Assembly (NCBI GenBank): GCA_963707985.1
Contig: CAVPRW010000046.1
Span: 109,579-173,578 of the forward strand
Reading direction: 5' to 3'
DNA length: 64,000 bases
DNA from: an uncultured Nitrospinota bacterium
Lineage (GTDB): Bacteria > Tectomicrobia > Entotheonellia > J063 > CAVPRW01
Under the pieces are notes generated by a model. The model was given only the letters and a program-made list of their open reading frames with translations. It was not told where the DNA came from and did no database searches. The position numbers were made by a program, and so were the translations under genes. Shown here one piece after another: positions 20,560-31,897 of the stretch (position 1 is the stretch's first letter; each line of letters starts with the position of its first letter).

Positions 20560-21436
20560 CGGACGCCATCCGCCCGCGGCCCTGGTGCGGCCCGAGTTCG
20601 AGATGCAGCCCGGCGAGGCGTCCCATATCGGCGACGTGGCGCGCCCGCTGGCGATCTGGGAGCGGATCAACAACAACCCCTTCGCGTGGCGCGTCTTGAT
20701 CCTCGTCATCCTGGCGGCCGGGTGGGAACTGTATGCCCGCTGGCTGGACAATCCGCTGATGTTCCCGGCCTTCAGCGAGATGGCCGCGGCACTCTGGGAC
20801 GCGACCGTGCGCGGTCCGCTGATCGAGCGCACGCTCACCACGATTCGGGTGCTGCTCATGGGTTACGCGGCCGGCATCGGGCTCGCGGCGATATTCACGA
20901 CCCTCGCCGTGTCGACGCGCCTCGGCACCCACCTCCTGTCGACGCTCACGGCCATGTTCAACCCGCTGCCCGCGATTGCCTTGCTGCCGCTTGCCCTGCT
21001 GTGGTTCGGGCTTGGCATCCCGAGCCTCGTCTTCGTCATTGTCCACTCTGTTCTCTGGGCGGTGGCGCTCAACACCCACACCGGGTTCCTCGCCGTCCCC
21101 GAGACGCAGCGCATGGCCGGCCAGAATTACGGCCTGCGTGGCGTGCGCTACGTGATGCAAATCCTGATCCCGGCCGCGTTTCCGTCGATTCTCGCCGGCC
21201 TCAAGATCGGTTGGGCCTTCGCCTGGCGCACGCTCATCGCCGCGGAGCTCGTGTTTGGCGTGTCGTCGCGTTCGGGCGGACTGGGGTGGTTTATCTTCGA
21301 GAACCGCAATCAACTCGAGACGGCATACGTGTTCGCTGGCCTCACGACGGTGATCATCATCGGCCTCCTCGTCGAGAGCGTCGTCTTCCGCACCGTCGAG
21401 ACCCACACCGTCCGCAAATGGGGCATGCAGCGGTGA
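20552..21436 (+). CDS. NitT/TauT-family ABC transporter permease
   Basis: PLPAIALLPL, LKIGWAFAWRTLIAAEL; overlaps ATPase stop. Confidence 0.92.
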   Translation: MADGRHPPAALVRPEFEMQPGEASHIGDVARPLAIWERINNNPFAWRVLILVILAAGWELYARWLDNPLMFPAFSEMAAALWDATVRGPLIERTLTTIRVLLMGYAAGIGLAAIFTTLAVSTRLGTHLLSTLTAMFNPLPAIALLPLALLWFGLGIPSLVFVIVHSVLWAVALNTHTGFLAVPETQRMAGQNYGLRGVRYVMQILIPAAFPSILAGLKIGWAFAWRTLIAAELVFGVSSRSGGLGWFIFENRNQLETAYVFAGLTTVIIIGLLVESVVFRTVETHTVRKWGMQR

Positions 21437-22035
21437 GCAAGTTTCACGTCGATCCCGAAACGGTCAAGGAGGCGGCAACTGTCAGGAACTACAACGGGTT
21501 ATGACCTTTCATACGCTTCTGACTGTCCGACAGTTCCTGGAACGGGTGGGCTCTGGTTGGACATGAGACCTCTCCACCCATCCCACCAGTCAGGGCCGTA
21601 CGGTTCATTAAAAACCTGGGGCAGACTCGAATGACTGTACTCTGCCTCAACGCAGCGGAGGTGCGGGAAGGCCAGACTGGGCTCCGCCCCAAGTGGTAAG
21701 CGTTGGTGTCAAAGGGGGTAGGGGGCTTTGCCGGTGTCAAGACGGTCGTGCCCGCGATCACGAGCCGCTTAGCTACCACCAGAGGAGAAATGTTGGTAAG
21801 CGTTCAGGGGGTAACGCGTTGAGGTGACAGAGGGCGACAGGCCATTTCCTTTCTTCTGAGCCCTTTTCGGCCTCTTCCTCATCGTCCCAATGCCACGGCC
21901 CCTGTAGAGCGGGGCAATTTCTCCTGCCACGGCTCCATATTCCTGGTATACTCGCGGTGCTCTTTCCCTATAGACCCCACCTGGACGAACGTTGCTCTTC
22001 CATGGCACAAGCGCCAGCGGGCTGGAGGATCGGCC

Positions 22036-25000
22036 GTGACCTTCGAGGAGATTGTGGACCAAGCGGTGGCCATGCTCCAACGTCGAGGCCGCATAGCCTA
22101 TCGCACGCTGAAACGGCAGTTCCAGCTCGATGATGAGGCCCTCGAGGACCTGAAGACCGAGCTCATCAAAGCGCAACGGCTCGCCGTGGATGAGAATGGG
22201 GAAGTGCTAGTGTGGACCGACGGGACAGTGAGCCCCGGAGGGCTGGCCGAGGCGCAGACCCGTGCGCCTCTTATCTCGATGCCTGCGCATCTGGCAGAGA
22301 AGATTCTCCAGTCCAAGCCCACCCTCGAAGGCGAACGCAAGCAGGTCACGGTGCTGTTTGCGGACCTGAAGGGGTCCATGGAACTGCTGGCGGACCGCGA
22401 CCCCGAAGAGGCCCGACAGCTGCTGGACCCGGTCCTGGAACGCATGATCGAGGCCGTGCACCGCTACGAGGGCACGGTTAACCAGGTGATGGGCGATGGC
22501 ATTATGGCCCTCTTCGGCGCGCCCATTGCCCATGAAGATCATGCCGTACGCGCCTGCTACGCCGCGCTGCGCATGCAGGAGACCGTGACCCGCTACGGCG
22601 ACGAGATGCAGCGTTCCCACGGGATCCCGGTGCAGATCCGCGTCGGGCTCAATGCTGGGGAAGTGGTGGTGCGGGCGATTGACAGTAGCCTGCACATGGA
22701 CTACACGGCGGTGGGCCAGACCACCCACCTGGCGGCACGTCTGGAGCAGATGGCCAAGCCGGGCTCGGTGCTCACCACGGGTGAGACCCTGCGGCTGGCC
22801 GAAGGGTTCGTCCAGGTCAAAGCGCTGGGCCCCGTCGCGGTCAAGGGACTGGCGGACCCCGTGGAGGTGTTCGAGCTCGTCGGCGCCGGCTCCACCCGCA
22901 CGCGCATGCAGGCGTTTGCGGCCCATGGGCTCACCCGCTTCGTCGGGCGGCAGGCGGAGTTCGAGGCCTTGCGCCAAGCCCTGGAGCGCGCTGGCACCCG
23001 CCACGGCCAGGTCGTGGCGGTGATTGGCGAGCCCGGGGTGGGCAAGACCCGCCTGGTCTAAGAGTTCACCCGCTCCCATCACACCCACGACTGGCTCGTG
23101 CTCGCAAGCAGCTCGGTCTCCTACGGCAAGGCGACGGCCTATCTCCCCGTGTGCGACCTGCTCAAGGCCTACTTCCAGCTTGACGACCGCGACGATGGGC
23201 GCACGATCCGCGAGAAGCTCACCGGGAAGCTCCGCACCCTGGATACGACCCTCGGGCCGGCGTTGCCGGCCTTCCTGACGCTCCTGGACGTACCGGTCGA
23301 AGACCGGCACTGGCATGAGCTGGATCCGGCGCAACGCCGCCAGTGCACTCTTGAGGCCATCAAGGGCCTGCTCCTGCGTGAGAGCCAGGTGCAGCCGCTG
23401 CTCCTGGTCGTCGAGAACCTGCACTGGATCGACGCTGAGACCCAGGCGGTCCTCGACAGTCTGATCGAGCGCCTGCCCACCGCCCGCCTGCTCCTGCTCG
23501 TCACCTACCGCCCCGAGTACCAGCACGGCTGGGGGCACAAGACGTACTACACCCAGCTGCGGCTCGACCCCTTGCCCCCTGCGCGCGCCGAGGAACTCCT
23601 GCAGGCCCTGCTGGGGGACGACGTAGGGGCGACCGGCCGGTCGCCCCTACAGCCGCTCAAGCGGCTCTTGATCGAGCGCACCGAGGGCAATCCCTTTTTC
23701 CTGGAGGAGAGCGTCCGGACCTTGGTGGAGACTGGGGTACTGGTCGGCGCACGTGGCGCCTCTCGCCTGGCAAAGCCTCTTGAGAGCCTGCAGGTCCCCG
23801 CCACGGTACAGGCCGTCCTGGCGGCCCGCATCGACCGCCTGCCACCCGAGGAGAAGCGTCTCCTCCAGACCGCGGCAGTGATCGGCACCGAGGTACCCTT
23901 CGCCCTCGTGCAGGCCATCGGGGAGCTGTCCGAGGAGGACCTGCGCCGCGCTCTCGGCCACCTGCAGGCCGCCGAGTTCCTCTACGAAACCAGCCTCTTC
24001 CCCGAGCTCGCATACACCTTCAAGCATGCCCTGACCCACGAGGTGGCCTACGGTAGTCTCGTGCAGGAGCGGCGGCGGGCCCTCCACGCCCGCATTGTCG
24101 ACGCCAGCGAACGGCTCTATGCCGACCGTCTGACCGAGCAGGCGGAACGGCTGGCCCAGCATGCCTTGCGGGGCGAGGTCTGGGACAAGGCCGTGGCGTA
24201 CTGTCGACAGGACGGTACCAAGGCATTGGCGCGTTCGGCCTTCCGAGAGGTTGTGGGATGCACCGAGCAGGCCTTTGCAGCCCTCAGGCATCTCCCGGAG
24301 AGCCGTGCCACGCAGGAGCAGGCCATCGACCTCCGGCTCAACCTGCGGAATGCGCTCTGGTCACTCGGAGAACTCAGGCAGATGCTCGACTACCTCGGCG
24401 AGGCTGCCACCCTCGCCGAGGCCATCGGCGACCAGCCGCGGCTGGGGCGGGTCTCCGCCTTTATGTGCCGATATTTGAGGGAGATGGGGGACCATGACCG
24501 CGCGGTCGAGTCGGGCCAGCACGCCCTCGCGGTCGCTGCGACCCTCGGAGATTTCGCCCTGCAGGTTATGGCACAGCACTTCCTGGGGGTGGCCTATCAT
24601 ACGCTGGGCGACCATCGTCGCGCGATGGGGGTGCTGAGGAGCAATGTGGAGTCGCTTGCAGGGGATCTGATCCGTGAGCGCTTCGGCGTGGTCGGCTATC
24701 CTTCCGTGAACTCCCGTGCCTGGTTAGTCCGGTGCCTTGCCGAGCTGGGAGCGTTCCCCGAGGGGGTCGCATATGGCGAAGAAGCGGTCCAGATCGCAGA
24801 GGGAATCGACCACCCAGTCAGCCGCGTCCTGGCGTATCTCGGTGTCGGTTTTCTCTCCCTCCGCCAGAGAGACTTCTTCAGGGCCATCCCCGTACTCGAG
24901 CGCTGCCTTGATCTGTGTCGGGTTTGGAACAGCCTGGTCTGGTTCCCTGAGACCGCTGCGGCCCTGGGCTGTGCGTATGCCTTTGCCGGCCGTGTCGCCG

Positions 25001-25473
25001 AGGCCTTGCCGTTGCTAGAGCAGGCGGAGCAGAGGGGTGCCGCGATGGGGACCATGGGCGGTCAGTCGCTGCGGGTGGGCTATGTGAGTGAGGCCTATCT
25101 GCTGGCCGGCCGCATGGAGGAGGCGATACAACTCGCTGGGCGTGCCCTCGACCTCGCCCGTGCCCATAAGGAGCGGGGACATGAGGCGTGGGCCCTGCGG
25201 CTCCTCGGCGAGATCGCCGCCCATCAGGAGTCCCCGGAGATCGAGCCAGCCGAACATCACTACCGGCAGGCCCTCGCCCTGGCTGAGGAACTCGGCATGC
25301 GTCCGCTCGTGGCCCACTGCCACCTCGGCCTCGGCACGCTGTATGCCAAGACCGGCCAGCGGGAGAGGGACCGCGCTGAGCTGTCCATGGCTGTCGAGAT
25401 GTATCGCGCCATGGCGATGACGTTCTGGCTCCCTGAGGCGGAAAGAGCGCTGACGGAAGTGGCGGGGCGCTGA
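22036..25473 (+). pseudogene. Class III adenylate/guanylate cyclase + AAA ATPase + TPR protein, in-frame TAA at 23059-23061
   Basis: ERKQVTVLFADLKGS, GDGIMALFG, GEPGVGKT, EGNPFFLEE, FKHALTHEVAY; both ORFs are in the same frame. Confidence 0.88.
23623..23650. repeat. Perfect 28-bp GTAG-type REP palindrome inside coding sequence
   Basis: GTAGGGGCGACCGG|CCGGTCGCCCCTAC, encoding VGATGRSPL. Confidence 0.8.
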
Positions 25474-25481
25474 TCACGTGT

Positions 25482-26961
25482 GTTGACCGTTCAAATGGCG
25501 CCCCGCTGCAGTGTAGGCTTCCAGTTGCGTGCGATGAGAGGGTGTCGCGGTGATTGCTCTCCCACTTCCAGCAGGGCTTCCGCCAGGGCTTCCGCTGGAT
25601 GCCGCCAGTTGGGACCAGACCCTGCTCGTGATGCGTCAGTTGATCATCCAGCTGCTCGCCGTCATCCAGCAACAGACCGCGCGGATCGCCGCACTCGAAG
25701 CTCGGCTGTCCCAGACCTCCCGCAACTCGGATCGTCCTCCCTCCGCCGATCCCCCGTTTGTGACAAAGCCCTCTTCCTCAACCACACAGGGGACTCCAGG
25801 AGCGAAGCCGGGACATCCTGGGCATCGCCAAGCGCTGTTGGCGCCCACGGAGATTATACAGGTCAAGCCTAAACCCTGTGCCTGTGGGCAGCGGAAGTTT
25901 TCAGCGACGACGCCTTACTATACCCACGAGGTGGTCGAGCTGCCCGAGATCCAGATGGCCGTGACGCATGTCGTGTTGCACGAGACTCGGTGTCCTCGGT
26001 GTGGCCGCCTCCTCAAAGCCGAGCTTCCTGCCGAGTACCGCTATGGGTATGGCCCCCGGTTGACGGCGCTCATCGGGGAGTTGTCGTGCCCTCAGCGGGA
26101 CAGTCGCCGTGCCGTGCAGGAGTTTTGCACGTCCGTCTTGGGGATCCCAATCAGCCGGGGAGCCATCCAACGCGCGGTCGACCGAGTCTCGGAAGCCATC
26201 AAACCACATTACGAGGCGATTGCGACACAGGCCCGCGCAGTGAAGGTCAACTATATTGACGAGACCGCGTGGTATCAACACGGGGTGTTGGCCTGGCTGT
26301 GGGTGATGGTCAATACCACCGTGGCCTTGTTCACCGTGCAGACGAGCCGGAGTAGGGCGGCCTTTGAGGCTCTAATCGAACGATGGGCCGGGATTGTGGT
26401 CAGTGATGGCTATTGCGTGTATCAGCACTGGATGCATCAGCGCCAGACCTGTCTAGCCCATTTGATCCGCCGAGCGCGGGGGCTGTCGGAGCGGCAAGAG
26501 CCGGAGGTGGCCTGGTTTGGGCGTCGAGTGGCGGAGTTGCAACGGTTGGTGCATTGGGCGCAAGCGCCACCAACGGCAGGGGCCGTGCAGACCTGGTATG
26601 CCCGGATGATCCATCTGCTGGGCCCCTATCGTCTCCGTCGCGATGCGGCGGGGACGTTTGCCCGCACGCTGGAGCGGGAGATGGGCGCCCTGGGGACCTT
26701 TGTGGTGGAGGCAGGGGTAGAGCCCACCAATAACCGGGCGGAGCGGGCACTCCGGTTTGCGGTCCTGTGGCGCAAGATGATGCAGGGGACCTACAATGCC
26801 AAGGGCGACCGCTGGGTGGAGCGGATCCTTTCGGTGCGGGAGACGTGCCGCCCGCGGGCAGGCCCACCTTCCCGGTCCTGGTGCACGCGGTCACGTGTGA
26901 CTTAAACGGTCAGCCTCCAGATGTCTCCTGGATTTAACGGTTCTACCCCCTGAACACTTAC
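25482..26961 (+). mobile_element. IS66-family element (single-ORF type)
   Basis: Transposase ORF; ends GTTGACCGTTCA / TGAACACTTAC. Confidence 0.7.
25550..26905 (+). CDS. IS66-family transposase (C-terminus likely frameshifted)
   Basis: NSDRPPSAD, PGAKPGHPG, zinc finger, IDET, VSDGY, QTCLAHLIR, TNNRAERALR. Confidence 0.88.
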   Translation: MIALPLPAGLPPGLPLDAASWDQTLLVMRQLIIQLLAVIQQQTARIAALEARLSQTSRNSDRPPSADPPFVTKPSSSTTQGTPGAKPGHPGHRQALLAPTEIIQVKPKPCACGQRKFSATTPYYTHEVVELPEIQMAVTHVVLHETRCPRCGRLLKAELPAEYRYGYGPRLTALIGELSCPQRDSRRAVQEFCTSVLGIPISRGAIQRAVDRVSEAIKPHYEAIATQARAVKVNYIDETAWYQHGVLAWLWVMVNTTVALFTVQTSRSRAAFEALIERWAGIVVSDGYCVYQHWMHQRQTCLAHLIRRARGLSERQEPEVAWFGRRVAELQRLVHWAQAPPTAGAVQTWYARMIHLLGPYRLRRDAAGTFARTLEREMGALGTFVVEAGVEPTNNRAERALRFAVLWRKMMQGTYNAKGDRWVERILSVRETCRPRAGPPSRSWCTRSRVT

Positions 26962-27015
26962 AAATGTTGGTATAATCAACTGCCAATATTGGCATATATC
27001 CAAGGAGGGAGAGTT

Positions 27016-27813
27016 ATGGATTTGGGACTGAAGGATAAGGTGGCGATCATTACCGGTGGTAGTGAAGGCATTGGGAAGGCTGCGGCCCACCGCATGGCTG
27101 AGGAAGGCGCGCGCGTAGTCATCGTGGCCAGGCGCCCCGAAGTGCTGAAGGCGGCCGCTGAAGAGATTCAGCAGGCGACGAAGGGTACCGTGCTACCGGT
27201 CCAGGGCGATGTGGCCGAGCCTGCGACGATTACACGCGTCGTGCAGACGACGCTCGACAACTTTGGACGCATCGACATCCTGGTGAATAATGCCGGGGTT
27301 TCGATGGCCAAGCCTTTTGAAGCCGTGAGCGATGAGGATTGGGAGTCGGACTTTAGCCTGAAGGTCTGGGGTGCGGTCCGCTTTATCCGGGCGGTCATCC
27401 CTGAAATGCGCAAAGTCGGCGGCGGCAGGATCATCAACGTCACCAACTTGGGTGGTCGGACTCCTGGCCCGTCGTCCATGCCGACGTCCATCTCCCGAGC
27501 GGCGGGCATCGCGATTACCAAAGGTCTATCGAAAGATCTGGCCAAAGACAACATTTTGGTCAATACGGTCTGCATCGGGCTCATCAAGAGTGGCCAACAT
27601 GAGCGGCGTTATGCCCGGCAGAAGCAGTCGAATCCCAACCTTACCCTGGATGAGGTCTACGCCGACTCGGTGAAAAACCGTGGCGTGCCCTTAGGGCGGG
27701 TTGGCGAAGCCCACGAAGCAGGAGACGTGATTACCTTCCTGGCTTCGGGGATGGCCAGCTATCTGACCGGTGTCGCCATCAACATCGACGGGGGCACGTC
27801 AGCGGTGGTTTAA
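27016..27813 (+). CDS. SDR family oxidoreductase
   Basis: TGGSEGIG, DILVNNAG, PLGRVG, IDGG. Confidence 0.92.
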   Translation: MDLGLKDKVAIITGGSEGIGKAAAHRMAEEGARVVIVARRPEVLKAAAEEIQQATKGTVLPVQGDVAEPATITRVVQTTLDNFGRIDILVNNAGVSMAKPFEAVSDEDWESDFSLKVWGAVRFIRAVIPEMRKVGGGRIINVTNLGGRTPGPSSMPTSISRAAGIAITKGLSKDLAKDNILVNTVCIGLIKSGQHERRYARQKQSNPNLTLDEVYADSVKNRGVPLGRVGEAHEAGDVITFLASGMASYLTGVAINIDGGTSAVV

Positions 27814-27932
27814 CTCAAGGGAGCGGGCTATGGCATTTCCGTAGCGCTTTGCTTCCCAGAAGTAGGACCATAATGCGGCCGTAACCGGGGAGTCATTGCA
27901 GACCCTCGGTTACGACCACAACCGGTTCACAT

Positions 27933-28445
27933 CTAGCCGACCTTGGTATAGTCAGCCTTGGGAATTTCCGGCCTTGGCGGCTCAGGCGCGCCGATGTCCA
28001 TCGGCGCCGCCCCACCACGGGTGGACTTCATGTATGCGAGTCCTTCCTCTTCGGTCGCGAAGGTGTCGCAGAACAGCTCCATCTCGATGCCGTCGGGATC
28101 CAGAAAATAGACGCTCCGCGTCATGCCGTGATCGACGATGTGGTCAATGGTGGCGTTGGCCTCGATCAGCCGTTTGTGGGCTGCCTGCAACGTCTGGTAG
28201 TTCTCCACCTTAAAGGCGAAGTGGTTGAGACCGATAGCTCCCTTCTCACTCGGCCGAGCGCCCTCGGGCGCTTTGAACAGAGCCAGGTTGTGGTGGACGA
28301 CGCCGCAGGTCAAAAAGGCAGCGGCGCCATCCGGACGAAACCGAGACACCTGGAACCCTACGACGTCGCGATAGAACTTCGTAGACCGCTCGACATCGGT
28401 GACGTTGAGAACTACGTGGCCAATCTCTTTGGGTGCGATGCTCAT
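27933..28445 (-). CDS. VOC/glyoxalase family protein (catechol dioxygenase-like)
   Basis: IGHVVLNV, HHNLALF, LNHFAF, DHG..SVYFLDPDGIEMEL. Confidence 0.88.
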   Translation of the reverse strand: MSIAPKEIGHVVLNVTDVERSTKFYRDVVGFQVSRFRPDGAAAFLTCGVVHHNLALFKAPEGARPSEKGAIGLNHFAFKVENYQTLQAAHKRLIEANATIDHIVDHGMTRSVYFLDPDGIEMELFCDTFATEEEGLAYMKSTRGGAAPMDIGAPEPPRPEIPKADYTKVG

Positions 28446-28556
28446 CCTGATTCCCCCTTTTCCCAGAGGCCCGTTGGCCCTCTCTGAGCAGAGTATTCAT
28501 TCTTCCACAGGCCAAGGGTCTGCTCCTCCCTCGACTTGCGACTGCTGTGCTGTGGC

Positions 28557-29492
28557 TTAACGCCGAGTTGGCGCGTACTTGCCTTCCAGTTGTGGGGTTG
28601 TTCCCTCCAGCCCTTTCTCCTGGCGATCCAGCCGCGTCTCTCTGCCCCAGGTGCGCTTCAGGTCGTCTTGCACATGGAAGCGCAGCCGGCCTAGCCCCTC
28701 GGTCTCGATCTCGATCAGATCGCCATTTTGGAAGGCGCTCAGGCCGCGGTGATTCGTCCCCGTAGCGACGATATCACCCGGCTCCAGGGCGTGAATCGAC
28801 GTGATCCACTCGAGACACCGCGGAATCTTATGAGCCATGTCACTGGTGTTGTAGTTCTGCTTCAGCTCCCCATTGACCCACAGCCGTACCTGCAGCTTGT
28901 TCGGGTCGGGGATCTCATCGGCGGTGACCAGGAAGGGACCGATCGGGGCAAAGGTGTCTCGCGACTTCATCTGGTAGAACGTATTGCCTGCCGGGGGCAA
29001 GCCACGAGCGGAGCCATCGATGAAATTCAGGTATCCGAAGATGTAGCTCATGGCCTCTGCGGGGCTAACGTTGGAGGCACGCTTGCCAATTACCAACGCC
29101 ATTTCCGCCTCGCCCTCGAAAATCGTGGCGGGGACATCCGGCAGCACCATGGTGTCGCCATCGCCAATGATGCTACTGGGGGACTTGTGGAAGGCGTTGA
29201 TGGGAGCCGGCTCGGAGCGCGTCCCGTCTTCCATATAATTCACCGCCATACACTCGATATTCGTGGGCTTTGGCAGGGGTGGCCTGATCCGCACCTGACT
29301 GACAGGTACTCCACTCCCCTGATTAACGGCTGCCTCCAAACGCCCCTTGTAGTCGGCCCAACGCTCGATCAACCCGCTCATGAGGTTGCCCGGCCCGGTG
29401 TGCGGAATGTCGCGCACCACATTCGACACGTCGACCACTGCATCTCCCTTCAATACACCCAACTTGAAGTCGTCGAAAAAGAGTAGTTTCAT
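28557..29492 (-). CDS. Fumarylacetoacetate hydrolase family protein
   Basis: EGEAEMALVIG, DGSAR, KSRDTFAPIGP, LEPGDIVATGT. Confidence 0.9.
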   Translation of the reverse strand: MKLLFFDDFKLGVLKGDAVVDVSNVVRDIPHTGPGNLMSGLIERWADYKGRLEAAVNQGSGVPVSQVRIRPPLPKPTNIECMAVNYMEDGTRSEPAPINAFHKSPSSIIGDGDTMVLPDVPATIFEGEAEMALVIGKRASNVSPAEAMSYIFGYLNFIDGSARGLPPAGNTFYQMKSRDTFAPIGPFLVTADEIPDPNKLQVRLWVNGELKQNYNTSDMAHKIPRCLEWITSIHALEPGDIVATGTNHRGLSAFQNGDLIEIETEGLGRLRFHVQDDLKRTWGRETRLDRQEKGLEGTTPQLEGKYAPTRR

Positions 29493-30923
29493 GGCTCACC
29501 TCCTGTTGGTGTCATCGGTCTCGTGGATAGGGCGATTATACTCGGATAAATTTTCCACGTCTATGACTTACGTCCATATGTCCCAAACAATGCCCGCGAC
29601 GCACACGGGGGCTTGCTTAGCCTACTGGGATGTCACTGCAACCACGAGGGGGATACCTAGAGAGCCAGGATACCTCTGCCCGTCACTGCTGTCCGTCGAG
29701 GAGTTTGCGCGTGACGATCACCTGCCCCATGTGCTGAGAGAGGTGAGAAACCGTCTAGACGAGGAGTTTGAGCACAAAGGTGTCACCACCGCCACCAGGG
29801 GGTGAAACCCGGTGCTCCATTGGCGAGTATCCGACCGAAGAGCAGGCCCACTGGCAAATGATTGAAGGCCTAGACACCTGCTTTCGCCCGCGCTGTCACT
29901 TGGCCAAGTCGGCTGACGTCTTCAGTGCTGACATACAACACCATGGTACAGGAGATTTGGGTCATACTGGTGCTGCATGTCAGCGCACCGCCCATTGCGG
30001 GACTTCTGCTTGACAACCGCGGTTGAATTCGCAATATTCACCAGCCATAGACCCTTCCGAGGATTGACCATGGAGGTCTGGGCAGAGGGGCGTCTCTGAC
30101 GCTATGCGAAGGCCGATGCTCGGAGCGGAATGCTCGGCTGTGCAGGGGTGTCGTGGTCCCTACAGCTGGTTTGGGTACGAATGGATGTGTGACCCGTACA
30201 CCCCCCAAAATGAGTAACTATCAGCCTGAGTCCTGTAGGCAGTCAGGGGTGGCTGTCATGGTGGACGTGGGTTTGCGGTCTTTCACCTGAGGCTGGGAGC
30301 CCTGTTGCAACGGTTATTGCGACCGAGAGCGCGATCAATCAATCGACCTCATTAATGTTGACCTCCGCGTTGCACCGAAAGCACGCAAGCCATATGGCTT
30401 GGCGCTGGTGGACGTATATGATGTGCAGCGCTGCCATGTCGTCGTCCCTCGTCGGGAAGCGGTGGACCTGCGCTTATGGCGCCTGGACGATGGACAGAGT
30501 GGCTACCTGTGCTCGCCGTATCAGCCTCGCGCCTGACCGCCTCACCTCGATTATCCCCATTGCACGGCCTATCAGCCTTCCTATCACTCCCCAGTGGCAG
30601 CCCTGTTCCCAAACACGGTTGCGCAACGCACAAGAGCGCTGTCGCTAATGGGTACATCCCCCACCCTGATATTGTGAGAAGGTGGCTGCTCTCGGAAAGG
30701 AGGTCTGTATGGAGAAGGTCGCACGACGCCTGGCAACGGTGGAACACCGCCTGGATCGTGTTGAAGCCATGCTGCATCTTAACGGGCAATTGGAGCATCG
30801 GACCGCACACGCTGTATCATGGTTGCCGTCGTGGCAGGCCTACACACGCTCTGCCGCGGCGCTGACGGGGTCATATTCCCTCTCGTGGGGGTCTCGGCTG
30901 CCTGTGCCGATGCCTACCATCGG

Positions 30924-31391
30924 TCAGCGCTCGGTGATGTCGACGCTCCACTCGATCCGGATGCCATGTTTGACCGATTGCGACACCGGGCAGCGTGACT
31001 CGTGCCAGGCGAGGGCGCGGTCGGCTGCCGCACGTGTCCCCTTGGGGATGGTCAGGGAGTACCGGAGACGCACGGTGGTGAGCTGGAGGACTTGATGCTC
31101 CCCCGGGGCAATATCCCCCTCGACCACCGTCTCTAATGTGCCGCCATGAGCCGCAATCCGACGTGCTTCCAGCGCCTCTGCAAGGGTGCCGGTGAGGCAC
31201 GAGGCGATGGCCACCACGAGGTAATCCAGTGGGCTCGGTAGGTCCTCTGTAACTGGTGCTTTGTACCAGGTCTTGAGGTCGCCATGGCACCCGCTAGGGA
31301 TGGGGTGGGGAAAGGGGTCGACGTAAGCCTGTTTGATGCCGGCCTCCTCGGGAATGATACGGACGTGCGAGCGATACACGGGATTACTCAT
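30924..31391 (-). CDS. OsmC family protein
   Basis: PSPLDYLVVAIASCLTGT...HESRCPVSQSV. Confidence 0.8.
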   Translation of the reverse strand: MSNPVYRSHVRIIPEEAGIKQAYVDPFPHPIPSGCHGDLKTWYKAPVTEDLPSPLDYLVVAIASCLTGTLAEALEARRIAAHGGTLETVVEGDIAPGEHQVLQLTTVRLRYSLTIPKGTRAAADRALAWHESRCPVSQSVKHGIRIEWSVDITER

Positions 31392-31456
31392 GCGTATCCT
31401 CCTTGTCATGGCCCTGGCGTTAGGGACAACATTTCGATGGTCGGGTGAGATTCATC

Positions 31457-31879
31457 ATGCCGCAACGACGCAAGATACCGCAACGACCCAAGATACCGCA
31501 GCGCCGCAAGTATATGCTCTGGGCTATGATGACACTGGGAGTCATTGTAGCTGCCAGCGGTTACTTCCTGCTGGGCGCATCGAGCACGCCCGGTGGCCTT
31601 GAGGCGTTCGCTCAGTGTTTGCGCCAGAAGCATGCCCTATTCTACGGTGCCTTCTGGTGTCCGCACTGTCAAGAGCAAAAGGCCCTGTTTGGCACATCGC
31701 AGCGGTCGCTACCCTATGTCGAATGCTCAACGCCGGATGGTCGGAGCGAGATGTCGATCTGTCGGAGCAAAGGTATTCGAGAGTACCCCACCTGGGAATT
31801 TGCGGATGGAAGTCGGGAGACACAAGTACTCTCCCTGAGCCGCCTCGCAGAAAAAACGGGCTGTCCCCTGCCCGAGTGA
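31457..31879 (+). CDS. Membrane-anchored thioredoxin-like protein (VKOR-associated type)
   Basis: TM then FYGAFWCPHCQEQKALFG, YVECS, YPTW. Confidence 0.82.
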   Translation: MPQRRKIPQRPKIPQRRKYMLWAMMTLGVIVAASGYFLLGASSTPGGLEAFAQCLRQKHALFYGAFWCPHCQEQKALFGTSQRSLPYVECSTPDGRSEMSICRSKGIREYPTWEFADGSRETQVLSLSRLAEKTGCPLPE

Positions 31880-31897
31880 GCGTGAAGAAGGGCGCAT

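Noticed and set aside
21697..21815. GTAAGCGTTCAGGGGG IS66-like end
   Set aside because: It resembles the 26946-26961 end in inverted orientation, but no associated transposase or target duplication could be supported.
20435..23538. Long minus-strand ORFs (323 aa, 135 aa, 443 aa)
   Set aside because: They are antisense shadows of GC-rich permease and cyclase genes.
29500..30920. Short ORFs, a TTGACA promoter-like site and a hairpin near 30010-30085
   Set aside because: No recognisable family or RNA motif; cannot be supported.
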